Positions 18,801-25,529 of a DNA stretch of 34,301 bases are shown piece after piece. The stretch comes from a virus (taxonomy: Duplodnaviria > Caudoviricetes): positions 1-34,301 of IMG/VR virus record IMGVR_UViG_3300010011_000001; one strand, 5' to 3'. The translations under genes were made by a program, and so were the position numbers. Position 1 is the stretch's first letter. Each line of letters opens with the position of its first letter. Below the pieces are notes generated by a model. That model was given only the letters and a program-made list of their open reading frames with translations, ran no database searches and was not told the DNA's origin.

Positions 18801-20343
18801 CACGCCTAAAGAGCTTAAGCTGCTCGATTATGTGAAAGAGTCATACAAGGAGATATACCCCAAGCTCAGGGACTACATGCTTGCCCATTTTGACTACATC
18901 TTGCCTGAAGAGGGAAACTACGTCCGCATATACAGGGAAAGGCCGAATTACACTGGCGACATATTCGACGACGTTTACAGAGGGCTTGTCGATGAGGCAA
19001 GGGAACGCAGGTACACGAGGCGATACGTCGGGCACACGTTCACCAAGGAGCGTACGGCACTCGGGGCACAGGAATTGCCCAGGCTGCGGTTAGGGCTGGT
19101 CAGCAACTACCTGTCCTACCTATACGAGACCACGTATTTCATGAGCTACGGCGAGTTTGCCAGGCAGACGGCATACATGCTCGGCAGTAAAAGCCCGCTC
19201 ATCGAGGAAGTAAGGCGCACGTTCGGCGACGACGTAGTGAGGGCGCTGCAGGACTGGCAGAAGCGGATTGCCGATCCGTCGGGATACAAGGCCAACAGCG
19301 CATTTGACGCAGCGATAAGGTTTTTCAAGGAGAATGCAACGATAGCATGGCTTGCGGGCAACATATCCACGTTCATGAAGCAGCTTGCCTCGGCCTTCTT
19401 TGTGGCCAACGAGGCTGGCTGGGAGCGCACGTTTGCGGGGTTGCTTGACGTGGCGACCGACTGGAAGACGACGAGGAAGTTCGTGCTTGACCACTCCCAT
19501 TATGCGAAGAACAGGGAGATGGAACAGGTCTTATCTGAGATAGAGAAGGGCGGGAAGCAGTACAACTTTGCAAGGCAGTTCGGCAAGGAATTGGCCATGC
19601 CACTAATGGCTGGGATAAAGGCGTTCGACTCGATCGTCGTAACGGCAGGTTGGACGGCCGTATACAACAAATACAAGGATTTAGGCTGGTCGGACGAGGC
19701 AGCAGCCATGAGGGCCGACAGGGTGATGCTGAACACACAGGAGGCATCGTATGCCAAGGAATTGCCGATGATCTACACGCAAAACGAGATGTTGAATATG
19801 TTCATGATCTTCACTAATCAACTCAACAACATATGGAACATGACCACGCATGACCTCTATGGATACTTCAAGCGGGGCGAGATACCGCAGGCTCTGGCCA
19901 CGGTGGCAAGCTTGGCCTTAAGCGGACTCATTATCAATTCCATCGAGGACGGGAAGATGCCCGAAGGCCCGCAGAATATCCTGGACGGGTTCGTATCGCA
20001 GGCCGTGGATTCAATCCCGCTGGCAGGCAAGGCTTTGAGTGGCATGAGGGAAGGGTTTAGAGCCAACAGCGACCCGCTCACGCTGGCCGTGTCGGCCGTC
20101 GGCAGGGTGGCGATGAAGGCATGGCAGGACGGGATACCAGGGGCCATGTCGGATCCTGCGCTGGTCTATCAGGCGTGGTGTTTGTGCCTGGGATATCCGT
20201 ATACTGGGCCCAAGAGGGTCGTAGACGCGGTGAAACAGAACGACATCACGCTTCTGCTTGGCGAAAAGTGGGCAAAAAAGGGACCTGTGCCGCTGTCGCA
20301 GAAGAAGATAAAACCGTTGCACGAGAAAATGAAGAGGCGATAG
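15805..20343 (+). CDS. large internal virion/ejection protein (gp16-like)
   Basis: ~1512 aa helical protein; C-terminal A...AD.....TQ......LP and hydrophobic segments typical of podophage large ejection proteins; start ATG after GGAG. Confidence 0.7.
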   Translation: MDIQLERKYPNAAEIIGGLRRAGWDDLAIERFFTSFAEQKRFTGWSEDDIRKFFGTTPEVSYDVRSFTQEKARKAYADLFNIDLTPAKDDTDTFQSLFGVIRQTKSPYTAVDPFSFANQLLYPAAKFTHEAVVKPAFAWSQLSYRVADWIVPDGTMLDDWIKRQLQYFSSPESTTTGRYVGAVEQARRKAYRDMGFLWGLANDLSTYAMDFMGIMASYMMFGGMARAPHVMAEKNAIVPTLQRIVGSHPLAGKDLLSVVADQARNPALRSLYLGGYTSTANPLLEIARRAKLTGLHAFLTTPGDLTTRAMAGLYRVFNNLTPYVAEATGATGYNAVFRDAMLNIFLTSPYYYGLYRRHGLSKEFAQEALPQLVMDVGMAWNTRGKPEDIVLNANAKILSNMLDIPQDQARKILKNNIAEFNKVMQTQDVIRENEQKVFGLTNGTIEDVYFKTSEQARELAKLALDEAQRVYKTDKDKPWHMPRDEFERRLAEARTGAGDVQAAKALAEEALQYYRTLSVIANEGGINAKELAAKLGDYAATEIKSLEQNAVKDKGGTELARIVEELNRTGVPVKDEFDLLDRLKNVPAIGRDEALKILAGEQTEADPVVKNLHYNLVREAMARGEIPSQEAVKEYPALRARLAEMAKIPSIDDIKKTPEMLKNIAAAVGDADLLTVKKMASKTLGLPAEAAKRLNDVLEAIIDDLVDMPTDERMIATSRVEVERLLESLRMPQSDIERIPEPDRSRVADAVAGKIEPTLLPEEWRTIMKEEPFNPKVKDLLAVYEAALKIREDGMARKKALVEAQMQARTQAAAELADEMRRLYGEKRKLQAEAKARKAKELYIKENGNEIEELRVKENAFGMDEAPSWVKKMVGREEAWFGRPSRVFDLLDGFKNYMGKIHQTFMGGADRAEKMRFEMYSPKREAFHKFMEDIGMKFTDLSKPFTRFYIASETGAPKTVTLDQMLNIVALWDNPTGRYSVELEYGLTENDIARIRQSLTPKELKLLDYVKESYKEIYPKLRDYMLAHFDYILPEEGNYVRIYRERPNYTGDIFDDVYRGLVDEARERRYTRRYVGHTFTKERTALGAQELPRLRLGLVSNYLSYLYETTYFMSYGEFARQTAYMLGSKSPLIEEVRRTFGDDVVRALQDWQKRIADPSGYKANSAFDAAIRFFKENATIAWLAGNISTFMKQLASAFFVANEAGWERTFAGLLDVATDWKTTRKFVLDHSHYAKNREMEQVLSEIEKGGKQYNFARQFGKELAMPLMAGIKAFDSIVVTAGWTAVYNKYKDLGWSDEAAAMRADRVMLNTQEASYAKELPMIYTQNEMLNMFMIFTNQLNNIWNMTTHDLYGYFKRGEIPQALATVASLALSGLIINSIEDGKMPEGPQNILDGFVSQAVDSIPLAGKALSGMREGFRANSDPLTLAVSAVGRVAMKAWQDGIPGAMSDPALVYQAWCLCLGYPYTGPKRVVDAVKQNDITLLLGEKWAKKGPVPLSQKKIKPLHEKMKRR

Positions 20344-20355
20344 GAGGAATGCCGA

Positions 20356-21114
20356 ATGGCGACGAGATATATAGTACCGAGGGAGGACGGAGAGGGGGGA
20401 TTGGGAAGAGAGGGCAAAAAGTGGGGTAAGATATATGCCAACGAGATTAACTCCCCAACAATAGATGCCATCAATGGTGAAATTTCAGTTCTGAACAATG
20501 TGGTAACTACATTAAGCGATAATATTCTTGAGAAGGTTAAGGCCGTTGACGGTGCTGGTTCTGGTCTGGATGCAGACCTTATCGATGGCCTACATGCATC
20601 CGAAATCGGCGGTGGCAAAATCTTCACATCCTCCGGCACGTTCACCGTCCCTGCTGGAGTCACAAAAGTGTATGTTTCAATGTGCGGCGGCGGCGGCGGC
20701 GGAGGAGGAGGCGGCAGCAACCGCAAAGGAGGTCCGGGTGGTGGTGCAGGGGCTTACTTTAAAAAACCGGTTACTGTTACCCCCGGTGCAACTTATACAA
20801 TTACAGTAGGGGCGGGCGGTGCAGGTGGTGCAGGTAGTACAACAGTAAATGGACAACCCGGGCAAGCTGGTGGCACTTCTTCGTTCGGCAGCTTACTTTC
20901 AGCTACTGGAGGAGGTGGAGGAGGCGGAGCAACGCACAGCTCAGATGGCACAAATGGAACTCCGGGCACTGCTCCTGGGGGGCTTCCTGGTAGGGGCTCA
21001 GATTCGTATTTTGGGTGGGGCTACGGGATAGGGTATGGGTCTGGTGGAAGTGGAGGCAGCATCAGCAGCAAAGGCGGCAATGGCGCTCCCGGCTTCGTTC
21101 TAATTGAATGGTAA
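20356..21114 (+). CDS. distal tail fibre / receptor-binding protein with glycine-rich C-terminal domain
   Basis: DG.GSGLDADL.DG fibre motif and FTSSGTFTVPAGVTKV.V..CGGGGGG...G.PG.VLIEW glycine-rich domain. Confidence 0.8.
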   Translation: MATRYIVPREDGEGGLGREGKKWGKIYANEINSPTIDAINGEISVLNNVVTTLSDNILEKVKAVDGAGSGLDADLIDGLHASEIGGGKIFTSSGTFTVPAGVTKVYVSMCGGGGGGGGGGSNRKGGPGGGAGAYFKKPVTVTPGATYTITVGAGGAGGAGSTTVNGQPGQAGGTSSFGSLLSATGGGGGGGATHSSDGTNGTPGTAPGGLPGRGSDSYFGWGYGIGYGSGGSGGSISSKGGNGAPGFVLIEW

Positions 21115-21126
21115 AGGAGGATAGAT

Positions 21127-21453
21127 ATGTATAGATACGCACAAATTCTATATGATAAGGCCCATTGGGTTTTTGAGACCGACGAAACATTAGAACAACT
21201 ATATCAACGGTTTGCACCAGATATAGTTTTTGTAGATATAACAAATAGGCCCGAAGTACAAGAGGGTTGGGATTATGACGGCGTGAACTTTACTGCGCCA
21301 CAAGACGAACCTGTTACACCACAGCCAACCCCGCCAACCACAGACGAGTTGGCCTTAGCACTTACTGAGGCCCAACTCAAACTAGCCGAACAGCAAGAAC
21401 TAATCGATTGCCTAGCGGTTGCTGTCACCGATTTACAACTAGGAGGTGTTTAA
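21127..21453 (+). CDS. tail fibre assembly chaperone-like protein
   Basis: YRYAQI, VDIT..PEV.EGW.YDG..F.AP followed by a coiled coil; follows the fibre gene. Confidence 0.65.
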   Translation: MYRYAQILYDKAHWVFETDETLEQLYQRFAPDIVFVDITNRPEVQEGWDYDGVNFTAPQDEPVTPQPTPPTTDELALALTEAQLKLAEQQELIDCLAVAVTDLQLGGV

Positions 21454-21454
21454 T

Positions 21455-21589
21455 ATGTCTTTCAATTATCGTATTTGGAATTACCTTTATCAAAAAGGTT
21501 TACGAACAGCCGCGGAAGTGGAATTAGCGTATCAAAAAGGTATGCTTACTCAAGAGGAACGTGATGCTATACTCGGAAGTGCGTCATGA
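21455..21589 (+). CDS. XkdX-like small protein (44 aa, absent from the ORF track)
   Basis: Hand translation MSFNYRIWNYLYQKGLRTAAEVELAYQKGMLTQEERDAILGSAS; SD AGGAGG; Y..G.....V..A...G.LT.EE...I pattern. Confidence 0.75.
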   Translation: MSFNYRIWNYLYQKGLRTAAEVELAYQKGMLTQEERDAILGSAS

Positions 21590-21600
21590 TTGCGGACGCA

Positions 21601-21628
21601 TAGCCTGAACAGGGCTTATTTTTATTTG
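21601..21628 (+). terminator. probable intrinsic terminator after the tail cassette
   Basis: AGCCT-GAAC-AGGGCT followed by TATTTTTATTT. Confidence 0.5.
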
Positions 21629-21699
21629 AGGGGGCGGGAACATGAAATCTCATTGAATGATCTGATATTTGCCAGGCAGGAAGGAGGCTATCCCAAATC

Positions 21700-22266
21700 T
21701 TGAGCAGGTTTGATGAATGCTTTAAGCTTGTGCTTAACATCGAAGGCGGTTATTCCGACAACCCTGCCGATAAGGGAGGTAGGACTAACTATGGCATCAC
21801 CGAAAGTACGCTCAACACAGCTTACAGGGCGGGGCTTGCCGGCCACAACGACATCGCCAAGCTCACCGTCGACGAAGCCAAGACCATCTACAAAGCCAAC
21901 TACTGGAATGTCTGCAAATGCGACTCACTCCCCTTCCCCCTCGACTACCTTGTCTTCGATGCTGCCGTAAACCACGGCGCAGGCGGAGCGGGTAAGCTCC
22001 TGCAAAGGAGCATCAATCGTTGTCTCGGCACTAATGCGGTGGACGTAGACGGTGCTATAGGCCCTCTCACGCTCAATGCCCTTGCCTCATATCTTGGCAG
22101 GTACAAGTCAGACTGCACATTCCCCGTCGAACTGATATGTCACGTCTTTCTGCTCGAACGTGTAGAGCTTTACAACTCGATCATCGCCAAGGACGCATCC
22201 CAACGAACGTTCATCCATGGCTGGCTCAATCGCATAAGAAAGAATTACCAAGCGATAGGAGGTTGA
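21700..22266 (+). CDS. endolysin, glycoside hydrolase family 108 with C-terminal peptidoglycan-binding region
   Basis: EGGY.DNP.D.GG.TNYGIT, FDAAVNHG, VDG.IGP.TL, F..GWLNR; TTG start after AAGGAGG. Confidence 0.9.
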   Translation: MSRFDECFKLVLNIEGGYSDNPADKGGRTNYGITESTLNTAYRAGLAGHNDIAKLTVDEAKTIYKANYWNVCKCDSLPFPLDYLVFDAAVNHGAGGAGKLLQRSINRCLGTNAVDVDGAIGPLTLNALASYLGRYKSDCTFPVELICHVFLLERVELYNSIIAKDASQRTFIHGWLNRIRKNYQAIGG

Positions 22267-22269
22267 CAA

Positions 22270-22557
22270 ATGGGAAGCAGCTTTATAATGTCGGACAATT
22301 ACAGGCTGGAGGACGCTCTGCGGGACATCTACAAGGAGCTAAAAGACATCAATAACCGTCTCAGCGTGATCGAGACTCAAATGGCCGATTCGTGCAAAAA
22401 ACTAAGCTCTCACGACGACCAGATACATCACCTGATATCGGAGCTTGGGTCGCTGGGGAAGGAGGTTGGCATCCTGCAGGGTGGCTGGAAGACGTACTTG
22501 GTCATCGGGGGGATAGCTGGCACGCTCGGGGCCATTGTGGGGGCGTTCGTAAAATGA
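22270..22557 (+). CDS. coiled-coil protein with C-terminal TM helix (XhlA-like lysis accessory)
   Basis: Heptad region followed by the hydrophobic YLVIGGIAGTLGAIVGAFV. Confidence 0.55.
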   Translation: MGSSFIMSDNYRLEDALRDIYKELKDINNRLSVIETQMADSCKKLSSHDDQIHHLISELGSLGKEVGILQGGWKTYLVIGGIAGTLGAIVGAFVK

Positions 22558-22784
22558 ACGACAGGATAAGGAAGATGCCTCTGCGAAAGGTGCTGGCCAT
22601 ATGGGCAATGATACTCCTTACTATCGTGGTCTTGTTCTGCGTGTTTTCCGATTATGACCTCCCTCTGTCCGTAAAAGACCTGCTCACCTATACCTTGTCA
22701 ATCACCATAGGTGCCTATTTTGCCTCAAGCTCCTATGAGGCCGTGAGAAAGAAGGGGGACGGCAAAGATGTGGGCAAAGATTAA
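22554..22784 (+). CDS. putative holin (2 TM)
   Basis: ATGA overlap start MNDRIRK, two hydrophobic helices, IGAYF motif, charged C-terminal tail. Confidence 0.65.
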   Translation: MNDRIRKMPLRKVLAIWAMILLTIVVLFCVFSDYDLPLSVKDLLTYTLSITIGAYFASSSYEAVRKKGDGKDVGKD

Positions 22785-23127
22785 AAAGGCGCTTGCGTGG
22801 ATAGGTTGGGCCTTTGCCGTAATTGCGGGTATCTTCTTTGCATCGAAGAAGAAGCGTAAAATAACGCCCGAAGAAATAAAAGAGGCGCTAGATAAAGCCC
22901 GCAGGCAAGTGGAGGAGGAAAAGAAGAAGCTTGAGGAGGCGCAAAAGAAAATTGAAGACGCCCGAAAACAGACCGACGAGGAGGTGGAGCATGCGAAGAA
23001 TGTTGAAGTGCCTGATAATCCTGCTGCTGTTGCCGACGCTCTTAACGACGTGCTTGACCGCATCCGTGGAGGCCAAAGTGGAGGCCAAGGACAACAAAAT
23101 TGTGATGGATGTGCAGGACGCCATTGA
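22768..23127 (+). CDS. putative i-spanin-like protein
   Basis: N-terminal TM helix followed by a long charged coiled coil; located in the lysis cassette. Confidence 0.55.
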   Translation: MWAKIKKALAWIGWAFAVIAGIFFASKKKRKITPEEIKEALDKARRQVEEEKKKLEEAQKKIEDARKQTDEEVEHAKNVEVPDNPAAVADALNDVLDRIRGGQSGGQGQQNCDGCAGRH

Positions 23128-23383
23128 CTTATATCGTTATATTGCCCAGCTTGAGGCCGAGAATAAGGCACTCAAAGATGGCCTGCAGCTTGAACGGGAG
23201 GCCACGGACAGCTATATGGCTAATATGGCTTCATTGATCGATAAATACGAGCAGGAACGGCTTGAATGGCAGAAACTCGAGCAGAGCATGAATGCCGAAT
23301 TGGCATCGGAACGGGCAAGTAAATACAAGACGGCAGGCGTTGCGTTCCTGCTAGGGGCGCTCGTAGGCGCTGCCGTAAACTGA
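22991..23383 (+). CDS. putative spanin partner overlapping the previous gene (signal peptide, coiled coil, C-terminal TM)
   Basis: MRRMLKCLIILLLLPTLLTTC after a GAGGTGGAG SD; start lies inside the upstream gene in another frame. Confidence 0.55.
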   Translation: MRRMLKCLIILLLLPTLLTTCLTASVEAKVEAKDNKIVMDVQDAIDLYRYIAQLEAENKALKDGLQLEREATDSYMANMASLIDKYEQERLEWQKLEQSMNAELASERASKYKTAGVAFLLGALVGAAVN

Positions 23384-23397
23384 AAGGAGGCGAGAGG

Positions 23398-23526
23398 ATG
23401 ATATTCGTAGGGCCGTGGTGGGCGCAGTTGCTTAAGGCAATTGGCGGGGTGCTGGTAATCGTGGGATTCTTAAGTTTCGTCTTCAAGAAGAAAAAGGGAT
23501 CCTGGCCGTGGGAGAAGAAGGGGTAG
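23398..23526 (+). CDS. small membrane protein (42 aa, absent from the ORF track)
   Basis: SD AAAGGAGG; MIFVGPWWAQLLKAIGGVLVIVGFLSFVFKKKKGSWPWEKKG has one TM helix and a basic tail. Confidence 0.7.
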   Translation: MIFVGPWWAQLLKAIGGVLVIVGFLSFVFKKKKGSWPWEKKG

Positions 23527-23529
23527 GGG

Positions 23530-23549
23530 GCGGGGCTTGGTAGCCCCGC
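23530..23549. terminator. hairpin between the convergent late and early operons
   Basis: GCGGGGCT-TGGT-AGCCCCGC; no clear U-tract. Confidence 0.5.
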
Positions 23550-23553
23550 AGGT

Positions 23554-24051
23554 TCACTCCTCCTCGAGGGGCAGGGTGGGACATTCCGCCGACTGCCCCT
23601 TAAATTTTGAGCACGCCTTCTTGTTCGCTAACGTGGTCTTGTCCTTCAGCTTGCATTTGGCCACGTTCACGAATATCTCCGACATCCCATAATGCACGCA
23701 GTCTCCGCAGGTCTTCATCTTCCTCCCCCTTATCGCCTCTACCAGCTGCTTCTTTATTTGCCCCTCCTCCACCCATTCCCACGGACACCGCAGCACCACC
23801 CATCCCATGGCTGCAGCCTCGTTGTATTTCTCCATGTCCTTCAAAAACGACGCAGCCCTGTTGTGCCTCCCGTACTGCCACGCTCCTCCCTCCACCTCAA
23901 GGGCCACTTTCACTTTCGGCCATGCCACGTCAAAGCGCCATTTGCGGGTAGGGTGAAAGCGGAACTCGTACCTGCTGTCAAGCCCGACCGACTGATTTAT
24001 GTCCTCGACTAAGGCATCGAGCGTGGCCTGCCTTGTATAGGTATCCTTCAT
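23554..24051 (-). CDS. PD-(D/E)XK endonuclease (Vsr/DUF559-like) with C-terminal 4-Cys domain
   Basis: EFRFHPTRKWRFD.AW...KVALEVEGG....GRH.R.....D.EKYN.A...GW.VLR. Confidence 0.8.
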   Translation of the reverse strand: MKDTYTRQATLDALVEDINQSVGLDSRYEFRFHPTRKWRFDVAWPKVKVALEVEGGAWQYGRHNRAASFLKDMEKYNEAAAMGWVVLRCPWEWVEEGQIKKQLVEAIRGRKMKTCGDCVHYGMSEIFVNVAKCKLKDKTTLANKKACSKFKGQSAECPTLPLEEE

Positions 24052-24509
24052 TTCCTTATCTCCTCCGCCAGAGTCTCGCTGTAAAGCTTAAGGAAGTCGT
24101 ACATCTTGTCCCAATGATCACGTGCCTGCATGATTAAGTCTCTGTCTTTTGCGTCAAAGCCTGCAACGAAGTTGAGCCTGAATGCGTCGAGCTCATCCAT
24201 GGCACGTATGTAGCAGGCATGGGATCGTGCAAATGCCTTGGGCGGGTTGATGTTGCGTGCCCTGCCCGATATGTCCTCAAACAAATACATTACCGCTCCC
24301 ATCCGCTGGCACCACAGGTCGTCGTATTCCTGACTAACAAGCAGGGAGTTGAACACGTCGATGGTGTTGCCGAGCTGGGTTAGGTTGTCGTACATCTCCA
24401 TGACGTAGCTGGTCTCCCTGTCGAACGACCATGCACGGGCCGACAGGAATATGGCACACAGGGCGAGGATGGTTATTACAAGAATAAACTTAAATCTTTT
24501 CTGGTTCAT
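24048..24509 (-). CDS. exported or membrane-anchored hypothetical protein
   Basis: MNQKRFKFILVITILALCAIFLSARAWS signal or anchor; SD AAAGGAGG. Confidence 0.7.
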   Translation of the reverse strand: MNQKRFKFILVITILALCAIFLSARAWSFDRETSYVMEMYDNLTQLGNTIDVFNSLLVSQEYDDLWCQRMGAVMYLFEDISGRARNINPPKAFARSHACYIRAMDELDAFRLNFVAGFDAKDRDLIMQARDHWDKMYDFLKLYSETLAEEIRK

Positions 24510-24523
24510 TTTCTATCCCTCCT

Positions 24524-24874
24524 TTAGGTTTCTGTTGTTATTTTTACCGCCAATCTCAATAGCTGAAACATCTCGTAGGTTAGCAGGGCATCGCCTCGGC
24601 ATCCCGACCAACATTTGCAATTAACACAATTGCCGTCATCACAAATCCCATACTTCATAGGCACGTCATCGCAATCCACAACCGTAAGCATATCCCTTTC
24701 CGTATCCCTTGCCCAATTTTCGCATGCTGGGCTGTCAAAGGCAGTCGTGAGCTTGGGATCACCCAGTTTGCTCGGCGTCCATTCAGGTGTTCCCATGGCA
24801 TCAAATATGCAAAGACCCATATAAGCCGTACTTAAGCGCCCCGACCAGTGTCTGCAATTCCCGCAAGTGTTCAT
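24524..24874 (-). CDS. Cys-rich hypothetical protein
   Basis: CGNCRHW...C...CENW plus a second Cys cluster; ATGA-coupled to the upstream gene. Confidence 0.65.
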   Translation of the reverse strand: MNTCGNCRHWSGRLSTAYMGLCIFDAMGTPEWTPSKLGDPKLTTAFDSPACENWARDTERDMLTVVDCDDVPMKYGICDDGNCVNCKCWSGCRGDALLTYEMFQLLRLAVKITTET

Positions 24875-25020
24875 TTTTTCTTGCCTCCCTTATGTTTCCT
24901 AGTTACCTGGTTATTCGGATGAGCGGCGTTCCATATCCTCGCCGCCTTCGCCTTGGCAGCCTTCTCGCTCATCCCCTGTTTGATAAACTCGTCCCGCATC
25001 TTCTCGTACCCCTTTGGCAT
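24871..25020 (-). CDS. small basic hypothetical protein (49 aa, absent from the ORF track)
   Basis: SD GGAGGAGGTG; MPKGYEKMRDEFIKQGMSEKAAKAKAARIWNAAHPNNQVTRKHKGGKKK. Confidence 0.75.
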   Translation of the reverse strand: MPKGYEKMRDEFIKQGMSEKAAKAKAARIWNAAHPNNQVTRKHKGGKKK

Positions 25021-25024
25021 ATTC

Positions 25025-25330
25025 TCACCTCCTCCCAGAATGCCCTGTAAGGCATCTAATTTTATCTAAAAGTATTTTTATACCTCTCAAAAAAGTTTGG
25101 CCCGTTCCAGGCCATCCTGGCGTCAAATACGGCCAAAAATTGACATATTCTCCTCCCGTTTTCTCCTCCTCCCCGCCAGAATATCCCGAAATAATATCTC
25201 CCCTTTTAGTACCCCCTTCCAGAATGCCCCAGAATGCCCCTAACTTTTGGGGGGTGGTATAATTAATCCTCTCGGAAAAGTTTGATATGTTGTAGGCCAT
25301 TCTGGACGCATCTACGTGGTTAAAATTCAT
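25025..25330 (-). CDS. dubious hypothetical ORF over a repeat-containing segment
   Basis: Has an SD and fills the gap, but the composition is atypical and it contains CAGAATGCCC repeats. Confidence 0.35.
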   Translation of the reverse strand: MNFNHVDASRMAYNISNFSERINYTTPQKLGAFWGILEGGTKRGDIISGYSGGEEEKTGGEYVNFWPYLTPGWPGTGQTFLRGIKILLDKIRCLTGHSGRR

Positions 25331-25529
25331 ATTTCTCCCCTCCGTTTTGCATTTCGCAGAATGCCTCCCAGTCTTTGAAGTCGACGATCGGCACTTTGCC
25401 TATTATTTTGCTTGCGATCATGATGTATTCCCGAAAGCCCTCATCGATATCTCCCTGTGCATGGTCCAGTGCCACCTTGCCTATAGTCGGATGAATGCGT
25501 TCTGGGTCTGGCTCTCTCCTGTACGGCAT
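25320..25529 (-). CDS. hypothetical protein (69 aa)
   Basis: TGATG-coupled to the helicase stop; starts MPYRREPDPERI. Confidence 0.6.
   Translation of the reverse strand: MPYRREPDPERIHPTIGKVALDHAQGDIDEGFREYIMIASKIIGKVPIVDFKDWEAFCEMQNGGEKYEF

Noticed and set aside
14189-20343. Virion RNA polymerase or lytic transglycosylase in the large ejection proteins
   Set aside because: No polymerase or SLT (ES...GLMQ) motifs recognised; an HMM or structure search is needed to exclude this fully.
20686-20715. (GGC/GGA)n repeat as a phase-variation tract
   Set aside because: It encodes the normal poly-Gly of the glycine-rich domain, and slippage would stay in frame.
20356-21114. Diversity-generating retroelement, suggested by the BPP-1-like virion genes
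   Set aside because: No reverse transcriptase ORF and no template/variable repeat pair seen.
25140-25170. TTGACA on the + strand as a promoter
   Set aside because: No -10 element at 16-18 bp.
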